The notes: generated from the letters alone by a model not told the origin. DNA of 64,000 nt from Alphaproteobacteria bacterium (GCA_947460385.1 CANHGT010000001.1:176-64175); one strand, 5' to 3'. Numbered from the stretch's first letter, positions 10,187 through 19,633 are shown. Numbers and translations are program-made.

Positions 10187-10936
10187 TTATTTAGAATCTC
10201 CTCGAACAAATTTATCTACAATATTATTGCCACTATTATCAATGTTATTTGGGCTTCCTTGCCAAATAATTTCTCCATTGGATATCATAGCAATATGGGT
10301 AGATATTTTTCTTACACTATTCATGTCGTGTGTAATACTAAAAGAAGTCGCATTTAGGTATCCCCTAATATCAACAATTAAATTATTAATAATATCAGAC
10401 ATAATAGGGTCTAAACCTGTTGTTGGTTCATCAAAAAAAATCAATTGAGGTTTCATTGCTACTAATCTAGCTAATGCTACCCTTCTTTGCATACCACCTG
10501 AAATTTCAGATGGATATTGTTTTAAAATGTGTTCACTAAGCCCGACCATTTTAATATGTTCTAGGGCAATATGATCTGCTTCATCATTAGTTAATTTGCT
10601 ATGCACATGTATGCCAAAAACAATATTGTCTCTAATATTTAAGCTATCAAATAATGCAGAACCTTGAAATAACATACCCAAACCAATCTTTTTATTGACT
10701 TGTATGCGATCTTTCTGCTTTACCTCTGTCATATTGATATCATTAACTTGAATCACACCACTATCTGGCTTAATTATTCCTAAAATATTTTTAATTAATA
10801 CAGATTTACCAACTCCCGACTTACCAATTAAAGTAAACGAAGAACCTTTGGGAACGGTTAAACTAACATTTTTTATAACGTGATTTTCCCCAAAAGATTT
10901 ATATAAATTAGAAATTTGGATTGCTGTATTACCCAT
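10187..10936 (-). CDS. mlaF: ABC transporter ATP-binding protein, MlaF-like
   Basis: Walker A GKSGVGKS, signature ISGGMQRRVALAR, Walker B LIFFDEPTTGLD. Sits directly downstream of an MlaE-type permease. Confidence 0.8.
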   Translation of the reverse strand: MGNTAIQISNLYKSFGENHVIKNVSLTVPKGSSFTLIGKSGVGKSVLIKNILGIIKPDSGVIQVNDINMTEVKQKDRIQVNKKIGLGMLFQGSALFDSLNIRDNIVFGIHVHSKLTNDEADHIALEHIKMVGLSEHILKQYPSEISGGMQRRVALARLVAMKPQLIFFDEPTTGLDPIMSDIINNLIVDIRGYLNATSFSITHDMNSVRKISTHIAMISNGEIIWQGSPNNIDNSGNNIVDKFVRGDSK

Positions 10937-10951
10937 ATAGTGAATGCCTAC

Positions 10952-11749
10952 CTAAGATTTAAAAAATATTAAAGTTAAAATATAATCTACAATAAATATT
11001 AAGATAGATGCTACAACAACGGCATTAGTAGTAGATTTTCCAACACCCTTAGAACCACCCTTGCTTGTATAACCATAATAACAGCCTATTCCTGTAATAA
11101 TTAAGCCAAAAAATGCTCCCTTAACTATGCCCGAAAGAATATCTCCCATTGTTACGAAACTCCAAGTACTGCTTAAATATACACTACTAATAAAACCTAA
11201 TTGGAATACGGAAATTAAGTATCCTCCCATAACTCCAATAATATCAGACAATAAAACTAAAACAGGTAAGGCTAAAATGCCTGCAATGATTTTTGGAGAT
11301 ATAAGATATTTGATAGGATTAACATACATAGTATATAAAGCATCTACTTGTTCGGTAACACGCATAGTGCCAATTTCTGCGGCAATTGAACCTGATATAC
11401 GTCCTGCTACCATAAGGGCAGTTAATACTGGACCTAACTCCCTTGTTAAAGCTACTACAACAACATTGGCAATAGCTCCTTCTGCTGAAAATCTGGCAAA
11501 TCCAACATAACTTTGTAAAACTAGCACCATTCCACTAAATAAGGAAGTTAAGCCAACAACAGGAATAGAAAAAAACGCAATTTCAACAAAATGTCTCCAC
11601 ATAGCTCTAAAATATATAGGAGGCATAAAAAAATGAACAATACCCAAAAATATGAAAAATACCTTGCCACCAATAATAGATAAAGATGACAAAAACCCAT
11701 TGCCCACATAATAAAATATACTAATAAAAAACGATGTTATTTTATTCAT
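10952..11749 (-). CDS. mlaE: ABC transporter permease, MlaE family
   Basis: MlaE-type core LTRELGPVLTALMVAGRISGSIAAEIGTMRVTEQVDAL. 265 aa, multi-pass. Confidence 0.8.
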   Translation of the reverse strand: MNKITSFFISIFYYVGNGFLSSLSIIGGKVFFIFLGIVHFFMPPIYFRAMWRHFVEIAFFSIPVVGLTSLFSGMVLVLQSYVGFARFSAEGAIANVVVVALTRELGPVLTALMVAGRISGSIAAEIGTMRVTEQVDALYTMYVNPIKYLISPKIIAGILALPVLVLLSDIIGVMGGYLISVFQLGFISSVYLSSTWSFVTMGDILSGIVKGAFFGLIITGIGCYYGYTSKGGSKGVGKSTTNAVVVASILIFIVDYILTLIFFKS

Positions 11750-11953
11750 TTAATCTTCTCGTTCGTTAAACCAAGACAACTGAATTGCTTCTAAAACTTT
11801 CTCGTTGCACGAAGTATCATCGTCATCAAAATGTTCAAGCGATTCTACCATCTTCTTAAGGTCAACAAAACTTAAATTAAAAATATCTACTTCGGGATAT
11901 TTTTCTTGCAATTGTATTGCTATTTCTTGTGTATCTGTCCAATATATTAACAT
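11750..11953 (-). CDS. iscX: Fe-S assembly protein IscX (YfhJ family)
   Basis: The 67-aa sequence ...WTDTQEIAIQLQEKYPEVD...LEHFDDDDTSCNEKVLEAIQLSW matches the IscX pattern (W-TD..EI...L...P..D; F.DDP...NEKILEAI...W) as I recall it. Positioned after fdx. Confidence 0.8.
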   Translation of the reverse strand: MLIYWTDTQEIAIQLQEKYPEVDIFNLSFVDLKKMVESLEHFDDDDTSCNEKVLEAIQLSWFNERED

Positions 11954-11985
11954 TTAAAACTCTACGGATTGTTGTTAGTGATAAA

Positions 11986-12312
11986 TTAATCTTCGTTCCT
12001 TGTTTTAGAAGGTATTCTTAAAACCATTCCTTCTAAATTTTCAGCCACAATAATTTGACAGCCCAATCTTGAAGTTGGAGTTAAGCCAAAAGCTAAATCT
12101 AGCATATCTTCTTCGTCTTCTTCTGCTTCAGGAAGTTTTTTATAATAGGCTTCTTCTAAAATTACATGACATGTGGAACATGCCAATGAGCCCTCGCATG
12201 CACCTTCTAAAGGAACCCCATTACTATGGGCTGCTTCAAGTATTGAAGTTCCAACTGGCACATCAACTTCATATTTTGTATCATCTGATGTAATAAAGAC
12301 TATTTTTGTCAT
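11986..12312 (-). CDS. fdx: 2Fe-2S ferredoxin, adrenodoxin/ISC type
   Basis: Cluster ligand pattern [14 protein letters not shown] ... LGCQI. 108 aa. Sits after hscA. Confidence 0.9.
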   Translation of the reverse strand: MTKIVFITSDDTKYEVDVPVGTSILEAAHSNGVPLEGACEGSLACSTCHVILEEAYYKKLPEAEEDEEDMLDLAFGLTPTSRLGCQIIVAENLEGMVLRIPSKTRNED

Positions 12313-12398
12313 AAACTATACCTTACGTTATATTATCATTCCACTATTATATAAAAAAAAAACTATAAGTAAATCATTAAAATGAAAAATCACATTAT

Positions 12399-14300
12399 TT
12401 ATAGAATATTATTCACATCTTTAATGTGTTTACCTTTTAATAACTTGTCTATCTTTTTATTCATGATTTTTTCTGCAAACTCTCTACTTTTTTCATCTAG
12501 CTTTTTAATAGATGAATCAATTAAGTGCCTATTTTTATTCAATATATTTTGTTTAACCTCTAAAATTATAGATGATATTAGATGTTTTTCATCTAATTCT
12601 ATTAATTCTATGTGTTCTATAAAGGCTTTTTCTGTTATTGACACCATAGCTTCTGCTTCTACTATTGCCTGCGATAATAACCTAGCTTCTACATCAAGCT
12701 TAGCATTATCAAAAGATTCTTCAAGCATTTCCCGCATATTTAATACAGACAACCCCCAAGTAGGCTTAACTTCAATGCTTTGTTTAATTTTTGTATGTTG
12801 CTCTTCTGCTGTTACTGTTAATAAACCATCGGCATCTACTGTGAACATAACTCGCACTTTTGCCATACCTGCTGGCAAAGGTGGTATTCCTTTTAATGAA
12901 AATTTAGCTAAAGAACGACTATGTTCAACAAGTTCTCGCTCGCCTTGTACCACATGAATTAAGATAGCTGTTTGATTATCTTTATAGGTAGTAAAATCTT
13001 GTGCTTTTGCAATAGGAATCAATGAATTACGATAAATGATTTTTTCTACAGCACCACCATGTAGTTCTATACCTAATGATAATGGAATAACATCTAATAA
13101 CAGCCCATTATCAACAACTCCCATTAAGTGGGCAGACTGATGCCCCGCACCAAGTGCCACTACTTCATCGGGATTGATACTACTGAAGCCTTGCAATTTA
13201 AACAGTTTATATATTTCTTCAGCAATTAATGGGATTCGTGTAGAACCACCAACTAAAATAATTCCCTTAATGTCTGCTAATAATATTTTGGAATCTTTTA
13301 ATACATTTGAGGTTATTGCTAATGTTTTATCTATAATTGGCTTAATAAAAGACTGCATAGTACTTGTTGTAATTGTACAAGGCACTTTTAAAGGACCATC
13401 TTCCCAAACACCATTAAATGTATCATGATTAGATAAAAATTCTTTAATATGTTTCGCATATATTAACAATTTCTCTTGTGTATGATAAGGTAAATCTTGG
13501 ATAGATTGAAAGTTAAAAGCACTAGAATTGTTTTCTATAATATGTTGTACAATTAACATGTCTATATCGTCGCCACCTAAGGAATTATCGCCCCCTGTGG
13601 CTAACACTTTAAACACACCTTTTACTAACTTTAAAATAGAAACATCAAATGTTCCACCTCCAAAATCATAAACTATATAAACCCCTTGTAACGTATTATC
13701 GTTATCTGTATCTAGGCCATAGGCAAGTGCTGCTGATGTTGGTTCATTAACCAACCTTAATACTTCTAAATTGCTAAGTGTGGCAGAATTTTTAGTGGCA
13801 ACCCTAGCTACCTCATCAAAATAGGCAGGAACTGTAATTACAGCCTTTTTAATTGATATCTTTAAATAATTTTCTGCGTTACTTTTTAAATATTTTAAAA
13901 TTTCTGCAGATATTTCCTCAGGGGTTTTATAAACTTGCGGATAAACTTCTATAAGTAAATTATCTTTATTTTCATTCATTTTAATATTAAAGGGCAATCC
14001 TAAATTAGAAGCTTCGTTAAATGTTTTACCCATTAACCTTTTAATTGAACGAATGGCAATATATTTACTATTTTCTTTAGCTTTTGTTATAGCTTCATGC
14101 CCAACAAACACTGCATTCTCTGTAAAACATACAACAGATGGAACAAGTGTTGAACCATTAATTTCAAGTAAACAGATATCTCCATTATTAGTGTAATACG
14201 ACACCGCTGAATTAGAGGTGCCTAAATCTATCCCTATGGCATACTCTTGCTGTTCATCTTTAATTTTTACCGCAGAATCATTAATTTGTAACAACGACAT
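12399..14300 (-). CDS. hscA: Fe-S cluster chaperone HscA (Hsp70 family)
   Basis: Hsp70 motifs GIDLGTSNS, DFGGGTFDVS and LVGGSTRIP. Located between hscB and fdx. Confidence 0.95.
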   Translation of the reverse strand: MSLLQINDSAVKIKDEQQEYAIGIDLGTSNSAVSYYTNNGDICLLEINGSTLVPSVVCFTENAVFVGHEAITKAKENSKYIAIRSIKRLMGKTFNEASNLGLPFNIKMNENKDNLLIEVYPQVYKTPEEISAEILKYLKSNAENYLKISIKKAVITVPAYFDEVARVATKNSATLSNLEVLRLVNEPTSAALAYGLDTDNDNTLQGVYIVYDFGGGTFDVSILKLVKGVFKVLATGGDNSLGGDDIDMLIVQHIIENNSSAFNFQSIQDLPYHTQEKLLIYAKHIKEFLSNHDTFNGVWEDGPLKVPCTITTSTMQSFIKPIIDKTLAITSNVLKDSKILLADIKGIILVGGSTRIPLIAEEIYKLFKLQGFSSINPDEVVALGAGHQSAHLMGVVDNGLLLDVIPLSLGIELHGGAVEKIIYRNSLIPIAKAQDFTTYKDNQTAILIHVVQGERELVEHSRSLAKFSLKGIPPLPAGMAKVRVMFTVDADGLLTVTAEEQHTKIKQSIEVKPTWGLSVLNMREMLEESFDNAKLDVEARLLSQAIVEAEAMVSITEKAFIEHIELIELDEKHLISSIILEVKQNILNKNRHLIDSSIKKLDEKSREFAEKIMNKKIDKLLKGKHIKDVNNIL

Positions 14301-14302
14301 AT

Positions 14303-14950
14303 TTAAAGCTTTCCTATTTTATTTTGGCAAAATTCTATTAGGCGAACTATATATTTTAAATTAATATAGTTTTCTTCAAACAGCTCGGCATTGGTTTTTA
14401 TATCTATAGCATTAAAGCTGTTTAAAACATCTTGATGCTTTTTTTGAAAATCTTCTAAAATTTTCAACAAAGTAGTGTTATCAGATTCATCTATCATTTC
14501 ATAATATTCTAAAAACTCCATATTTAAAACATTATTATATAACATTTTACCTTCTTCAAGGAGGTGCTTATTATAATGCACAAAATAATAGTATCCTAAC
14601 ATTAGCAAACTATCTTTTAAAGTATTATAAGCACTATTTAAAAAACTACTATGTTGAATAGCATTGTTATAATACTCATTGTTTTTACTATATTTATCGG
14701 GGTGATAAATTGTCATTAGTTGTAAATAATTATTTTCTAAATTTTCTAAATTAATATTTATAGACACAGGTAACTTAAGGTAAGAAAAATAATCTATAGA
14801 GTTCATAGGGTTTAAACAACCGCAATGTATACATAAAAAACTATCAATTACAACATCTATTTGCTTTGAACATTTTTCACAAACTATACTAAATGGTAAA
14901 AGATTCTCCACAACCACACTTTCCTTTTTCATTGGGATTTTCAAACACAA
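14303..14950 (-). CDS. hscB: Fe-S co-chaperone HscB (J-domain) with possible N-terminal CxxC-x12-CxxC extension
   Basis: J-domain with HPD (MTIYHPDKY) after DYFSYLKL. The long ORF start at 14950 (or Met7 at 14932) overlaps the iscA 3-prime end. The alternative canonical-length start is MNSIDYF at 14806. Confidence 0.85.
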   Translation of the reverse strand: MCLKIPMKKESVVVENLLPFSIVCEKCSKQIDVVIDSFLCIHCGCLNPMNSIDYFSYLKLPVSININLENLENNYLQLMTIYHPDKYSKNNEYYNNAIQHSSFLNSAYNTLKDSLLMLGYYYFVHYNKHLLEEGKMLYNNVLNMEFLEYYEMIDESDNTTLLKILEDFQKKHQDVLNSFNAIDIKTNAELFEENYINLKYIVRLIEFCQNKIGKL

Positions 14951-15224
14951 AGCCCTCTTCTAAGTCTGTTTTCACATAAGCAATAGAACTTCCAATAATA
15001 AAAAGGATAGCTTTTGGGTCTAAATAAACTTTTAGCCCCTCAAACTCTACTAACTCATCTCTTGGCTCTACTGCATCTATAAAGTCTAAGTTCCAAGATA
15101 AACCAGAGCAACCCTTCGTTTTCAAAGATATACGTAAGCCCTTAGGAATTATTGGTCTGCTTTGCATTAGACTAATAATTCTTTCTAAGGCGTTATCATT
15201 AATTTCAACAATACGCTTTGCCAT
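14889..15224 (-). CDS. iscA: Fe-S cluster insertion protein IscA (HesB family)
   Basis: GCSGLSW and C-terminal GKCGCGESF motifs. 111 aa. Confidence 0.9.
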   Translation of the reverse strand: MAKRIVEINDNALERIISLMQSRPIIPKGLRISLKTKGCSGLSWNLDFIDAVEPRDELVEFEGLKVYLDPKAILFIIGSSIAYVKTDLEEGFVFENPNEKGKCGCGESFTI

Positions 15225-15245
15225 TGCTAGTATTTACTCATTAAT

Positions 15246-15626
15246 TTAGTTTGTATGCTTTTTATTATAATCGGCAATTGCACTTTTTACTGCTTCTTCA
15301 GCTAATACAGAACAATGTATTTTCACAGGTGGTAATTCTAACTCTTCTACTACATCTGTATTTTTAATTTGCAATGCTTCATCTAAGGTTTTACCCATTA
15401 ACATTTCTGTAATTAACGAACTTGATGCTATTGCTGAACCACAACCAAAAGTTTTAAATTTGGCATCTTTAATTATGCCGTCTTCAACTTTAATTTGTAA
15501 CTTCATAACATCACCACAAGCAGGAGCTCCTACTATTGCAGTACCTACATTGCTTTCATCTGCACCAAAAGAACCAACGTTTCTTGGGTTTTCATAATGA
15601 TCAATAACTTTATTTGAATATGCCAT
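15246..15626 (-). CDS. iscU: Fe-S scaffold IscU
   Basis: GAPACGDVMKL, FKTFGCGSAIASSS and HCSVLAEEA motifs. AGGAG RBS upstream. Confidence 0.95.
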   Translation of the reverse strand: MAYSNKVIDHYENPRNVGSFGADESNVGTAIVGAPACGDVMKLQIKVEDGIIKDAKFKTFGCGSAIASSSLITEMLMGKTLDEALQIKNTDVVEELELPPVKIHCSVLAEEAVKSAIADYNKKHTN

Positions 15627-15775
15627 TTTTTATACTCCTATTGTAAAAAAATTATAAATATTAATTGAACTTATCTTGTTTATTTTATTAGCACCCATAA
15701 ACATATTAAATTGCTTTATAAGTGCACCACAGATAACGAACATAGGTGGTAAAATTAAATAAAACAAAATATATG

Positions 15776-17002
15776 TTAATGTCCTTCTGCCCACTCTATT
15801 GTGTTTAAGTCTATGCCTGCTTCTATCATTTCCCAAATAGGACTCATGTGCCTTAAATGATTAACTGTGTCTATAACATGCTTAGCTGTAATATTAACTT
15901 CTTCTTGGGTAGTGAAACGCCCCATACCAAACCTAATAGATGTATGAGCTAAGTCTTCCCTTACTCCCATAGCTTTTAACACATATGAAGATTCTAAAGA
16001 TGCTGAAGTACATGCGCTACCTGAAGAAACTGCTATTGTTTTACCAAATCCCATTAATAAACTTTCACCTTCAACCCCTGAAAAACTTACATTAAGATTA
16101 CCCGGTATGCGGTTATTTTCATCCCCATTAATATAGATTTTAGGCAAAGCATCTTGTAGTTGTTTTTTAAGACTATCCGATAATGCTTTAATTTTTTTAT
16201 GTTCATCAGACATGGTTTCCATAGCTATTTTTGCAGCTTCACCAAAACCTACACATAGATGAGTAGGCAAAGTTCCCGAACGCAAACCTCTTTCTTGACC
16301 ACCACCACTCATTTGTGGTAAAACTCTAACACGTGGCTTCCTTCTAACATATAAAGCTCCAATTCCTTTTGGACCATAAATTTTATGAGCTGAAATACTC
16401 ATTAAATCTATATTCAGTTCATCAACATTAATTGGCAACTTACCAAACGCTTGGGCAGCATCTGTATGAAAAAACACACCTTTTTCTCGGCACAACTTAC
16501 CTATTGCTTTAACATCTTGAATTGTTCCCACTTCATTATTTACAAACATAATAGAAACCAAAGCTGTTTTGTCTGTAATTAAATCTTTTAACTGGTTAAT
16601 ATCAATAAGGGCTTGTTCATTAACTGGCAAATAATCTACTTTAAAACCACGCTCACTTAAATAATGGGCAGAAGACAGCACACATTTATGCTCAACTTGA
16701 GATACAATTAAATGATCTTTGCCTTGTTGTTTGTAAAACTCCATTACGCCTTTTAAAGCTAAATTATTAGACTCTGTTGCCCCTGAGGTGAAAATAATAT
16801 CTTTATGATTTGCCCCAATAACTTTGGCAACTTGTTCTCTGGCAACATCTACCGCTGTTTCAGCTTCCCAGCCCCAAGCATGACTTGAAGAATGTGGATT
16901 GCCAAAATTTTCAAACAAATAAGGAACCATCGCTGATACAACTTTAGGATCAACAGGAGTTGTAGCTTGATAATCTAAATAAATTGGTTTTTTTGTATTC
17001 AT
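15776..17002 (-). CDS. iscS: Cysteine desulfurase IscS
   Basis: PLP-lysine region SISAHKIYGPKGIG and active-site loop SSGSACTS. 408 aa. Confidence 0.95.
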   Translation of the reverse strand: MNTKKPIYLDYQATTPVDPKVVSAMVPYLFENFGNPHSSSHAWGWEAETAVDVAREQVAKVIGANHKDIIFTSGATESNNLALKGVMEFYKQQGKDHLIVSQVEHKCVLSSAHYLSERGFKVDYLPVNEQALIDINQLKDLITDKTALVSIMFVNNEVGTIQDVKAIGKLCREKGVFFHTDAAQAFGKLPINVDELNIDLMSISAHKIYGPKGIGALYVRRKPRVRVLPQMSGGGQERGLRSGTLPTHLCVGFGEAAKIAMETMSDEHKKIKALSDSLKKQLQDALPKIYINGDENNRIPGNLNVSFSGVEGESLLMGFGKTIAVSSGSACTSASLESSYVLKAMGVREDLAHTSIRFGMGRFTTQEEVNITAKHVIDTVNHLRHMSPIWEMIEAGIDLNTIEWAEGH

Positions 17003-17009
17003 AATATAT

Positions 17010-17453
17010 CTATCCTTGTTTTAACATTATTTGATTAGCAATTTCAAAATCATCATCTAATATATTTTGTAAAGAGATACTACTTAAATAGCTGTAAACT
17101 GAACCCATAAAATTACTCCAAAGATGATGGGTGCTACATTGCTTGCCTGTTTTAAGACAATCTTTAGTATTATTGCATCTTAAAAACTCTAACTTTTCAT
17201 CAACGGCATCAACCACATTGGCAACACTAATTTCTTCGTTAGACCTAGAAAGTAAATATCCTCCCTTAGGACCTTTGGCTGAAAGCACTAAGTTAGCTTT
17301 TTTAAGCTTAATAAACAGCTGTTCTAAATAAGACATGGATATGTTACAACGAGTTGATATTTGATACAATGACACATGTTCTCCACCTTTAGAATATATA
17401 GCTATATCTATCATTGCCATCAGTGCGTATCTACCTTTTGTACTTAACTTCAT
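17010..17453 (-). CDS. iscR: Rrf2-family regulator IscR
   Basis: MKLSTKGRYALMAMIDIA N-terminus is typical of Rrf2 proteins. First gene of the isc block. The ORF could alternatively start 18 nt upstream at 17471. Confidence 0.85.
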   Translation of the reverse strand: MKLSTKGRYALMAMIDIAIYSKGGEHVSLYQISTRCNISMSYLEQLFIKLKKANLVLSAKGPKGGYLLSRSNEEISVANVVDAVDEKLEFLRCNNTKDCLKTGKQCSTHHLWSNFMGSVYSYLSSISLQNILDDDFEIANQIMLKQG

Positions 17454-17558
17454 ACTTGAAACCTTTTTCACTGTGTTCTTAAAAATTTTATATTCATATT
17501 ATAGCTAGGTTAAAAATAATAGTCAAGTAGTTTAGTAGGATTTAACTTTTATATTAGT

Positions 17559-17587
17559 TTGATTTTATACAAGTTTCTTGCTATAAT
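17559..17587 (+). promoter_or_regulatory. Candidate sigma-70 promoter for the hydrolase-tyrS unit
   Basis: TTGATT (17559-17564), 17-nt spacer, TATAAT (17582-17587) preceded by TGc (extended -10). It lies 34 nt upstream of the ATG at 17621. Chance matches are common in AT-rich DNA. Confidence 0.4.
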
Positions 17588-17620
17588 CTGCTATACTTAA
17601 ATTTACAAAGGAATTATAGC

Positions 17621-18286
17621 ATGACACGTGTGAATATTAGCTCTATTGCAGGTAGATTAGAAGGAATATACAAGAAGTCTGAAGTAGACAATGCACCTTG
17701 TGCTTTACTGTTGCACCCTCACCCACTTTATGGCGGAAATATGTATAGCAAAGTTGTGGCAACAATGGAAAAAGCTTTTCAAAACAATGGATTTTCTACC
17801 TTAAGATTTAATTTTAGAGGGGTATGTAATTCCGACGGTGTTTATGGTGAAGGAAGAGACGAAATAATAGATGCCAGCACAGCTTGTGATTGGCTACAAG
17901 AAAAAGAACCTAATGCTTCATCTTTTTGGGTGGCAGGATTTTCTTTTGGTGCCTACATTGCCATTCAAATTATGATGCGTCGTATTGAGGTGAACCGCTT
18001 TATTGCCATTGGAACACCTGCTAATATGTTTGACTTGTCTTTTATTTATCCTTGCCCAACCAACGGCTTATTTATTCACTCGGAAAAAGATATTGTTGCC
18101 CCTTTTAAAGAGGCCGACAAAATAATTAAAAAAGCTATTAGAACCAAAGATAAAGAAATACTCTTGAAAACCTTTAAAAATACCGATCATTTCTTTACGA
18201 ATCATGAAGAAGATTTACTGAAGGTAGTAGACCAATACATTAAAGACGAACTAGCAAAAGGCGTTAAAAACAACATATCTCTATAG
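17621..18286 (+). CDS. Alpha/beta-fold hydrolase (COG2945-like)
   Basis: LHPHPLYGGNMYSKVV and nucleophile-elbow-like GFSFGA motifs. 221 aa. Confidence 0.7.
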   Translation: MTRVNISSIAGRLEGIYKKSEVDNAPCALLLHPHPLYGGNMYSKVVATMEKAFQNNGFSTLRFNFRGVCNSDGVYGEGRDEIIDASTACDWLQEKEPNASSFWVAGFSFGAYIAIQIMMRRIEVNRFIAIGTPANMFDLSFIYPCPTNGLFIHSEKDIVAPFKEADKIIKKAIRTKDKEILLKTFKNTDHFFTNHEEDLLKVVDQYIKDELAKGVKNNISL

Positions 18287-18298
18287 GAACTTACAACA

Positions 18299-19546
18299 AT
18301 GCAATTTAAAAGTGATTTTTTAGCTTTTCTTAATGAAAGAGGCTTTTTACACCAATGTTCGTCTTATGAAAATTTAGACGATATAATGAGTAAAGAAAAA
18401 ATAACCGCCTATATTGGCTTTGATTGCACTGCTAATTCCTTACATGTTGGATCATTAATGCAAATTTTACTGTTAAAATATCTACAAAAGTTTGGGCATA
18501 CTCCAATAGCTTTACTAGGTGCTGGCACAACCATGATTGGCGACCCTAGTGGGCGGGACGAAAGTAGAAAAATGCTCACAGTAGAACAAATAAATGAAAA
18601 TATGCTGGGCATTAAGGCAGTATTAGAAAGATTTATTTCATTTGATGGTAGTAATGCGGGCTTGTTACTAAATAATGCCGACTGGTTAAGCAAATTCAGT
18701 TATTTAGAATTTTTAAGAGATTTTGGGGTACATTTTACAGTAAATAGAATGCTAAGCTTTGATAGTGTGAAACTTCGCCTAGAAAAAGAAAATCCAATGA
18801 CATTTTTAGAATTTAACTACATGTTGTTACAAGCTGTTGATTATTTACATTTGAATCAAAATCACAATGTAAAGTTGCAATTAGGTGGAAGCGACCAATG
18901 GGGCAATATTATTAATGGTGTAGAATTAATAAGACGCAAAGATGCTAAGGAAGTATTTGCACTCACTACTAATCTTTTAACCAAAAGTGATGGTAGCAAA
19001 ATGGGTAAAACGGCAAGTGGGGCAGTATGGCTTACCCCAAGTATGTTTTCGGTGTGGGATTTCTACCAGTATTTTAGAAATGTAGATGATTTAGATGTTA
19101 TTAAATATTTAAAGATTTTCACCGAAATTCCAATGGCAGAAATAGGAAAATTGGCTACATTGCAAGGTAAAGAGTTAAATGAGGCTAAGAAGCTATTAGC
19201 CTTTGAAATTACCAAGCTATGCCATGGTGAACTTGAGGCTAAAAGTGCTGAAGAACTGGCAATCAATACATTTGAAAAAGGCATTGTAGATGCTAATTTA
19301 CCCACGTTCTTTATTACCAGTGCCGAACTAAATGATGGCTTAAATATTGTTGATGCACTAATAAAATTTGGGCTAACAGCAAGTAAGGGCGAAACTAGAA
19401 AGCTTATTTTAAATGCGGGGGTAAAATTGAATGATGCCCCTGTTGTAGATAGTAATTATTCCTTAAGCAAGGTAGATATAAAAGACGATGTTATAAAACT
19501 ATCTTTAGGTAAAAAGAAACACATTTTGTTGAAGATAGAGGGTTAA
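18299..19546 (+). CDS. tyrS: Tyrosyl-tRNA synthetase
   Basis: HIGH-type motif (SLHVGSL), KMSKS-type motif (KMGKT) and a C-terminal S4-like domain. 415 aa. Confidence 0.95.
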   Translation: MQFKSDFLAFLNERGFLHQCSSYENLDDIMSKEKITAYIGFDCTANSLHVGSLMQILLLKYLQKFGHTPIALLGAGTTMIGDPSGRDESRKMLTVEQINENMLGIKAVLERFISFDGSNAGLLLNNADWLSKFSYLEFLRDFGVHFTVNRMLSFDSVKLRLEKENPMTFLEFNYMLLQAVDYLHLNQNHNVKLQLGGSDQWGNIINGVELIRRKDAKEVFALTTNLLTKSDGSKMGKTASGAVWLTPSMFSVWDFYQYFRNVDDLDVIKYLKIFTEIPMAEIGKLATLQGKELNEAKKLLAFEITKLCHGELEAKSAEELAINTFEKGIVDANLPTFFITSAELNDGLNIVDALIKFGLTASKGETRKLILNAGVKLNDAPVVDSNYSLSKVDIKDDVIKLSLGKKKHILLKIEG

Positions 19547-19567
19547 TAGTTATTTGTTATTGATAGT

Positions 19568-19633
19568 TCTTGAATGCTATTGAATGGCTGTTTGATTGCT
19601 GTTTGATGGCTACTTGTTTACTACTTGGTGGAT
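19568..19633. repeat. Six phased 11-nt units (consensus about RYTTGAWKGCT)
   Basis: Read directly: TCTTGAATGCT ATTGAATGGCT GTTTGATTGCT GTTTGATGGCT ACTTGTTTACT ACTTGGTGGAT. It begins 22 nt after the tyrS stop. Confidence 0.6.

Noticed and set aside
12382-12957. 191-aa plus-strand ORF, along with similar long antisense ORFs at 5597-6019, 11127-11510, 35496-35831, 42821-43186 and 48275-48631
   Set aside because: Each lies entirely antisense to a strongly conserved gene (hscA, topA, mlaE, nagE, pstS, APC permease). They have low-complexity, biased composition and no recognisable motifs. They are shadow ORFs.
15630-15836. 68-aa hydrophobic ORF spanning the 149-nt iscS-iscU spacer
   Set aside because: It overlaps the conserved iscS C-terminus out of frame. 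It has no RBS and no family resemblance. The spacer is more simply an untranslated linker ending in the AGGAG RBS of iscU. I found no convincing structure in it, only a 5-bp stem.
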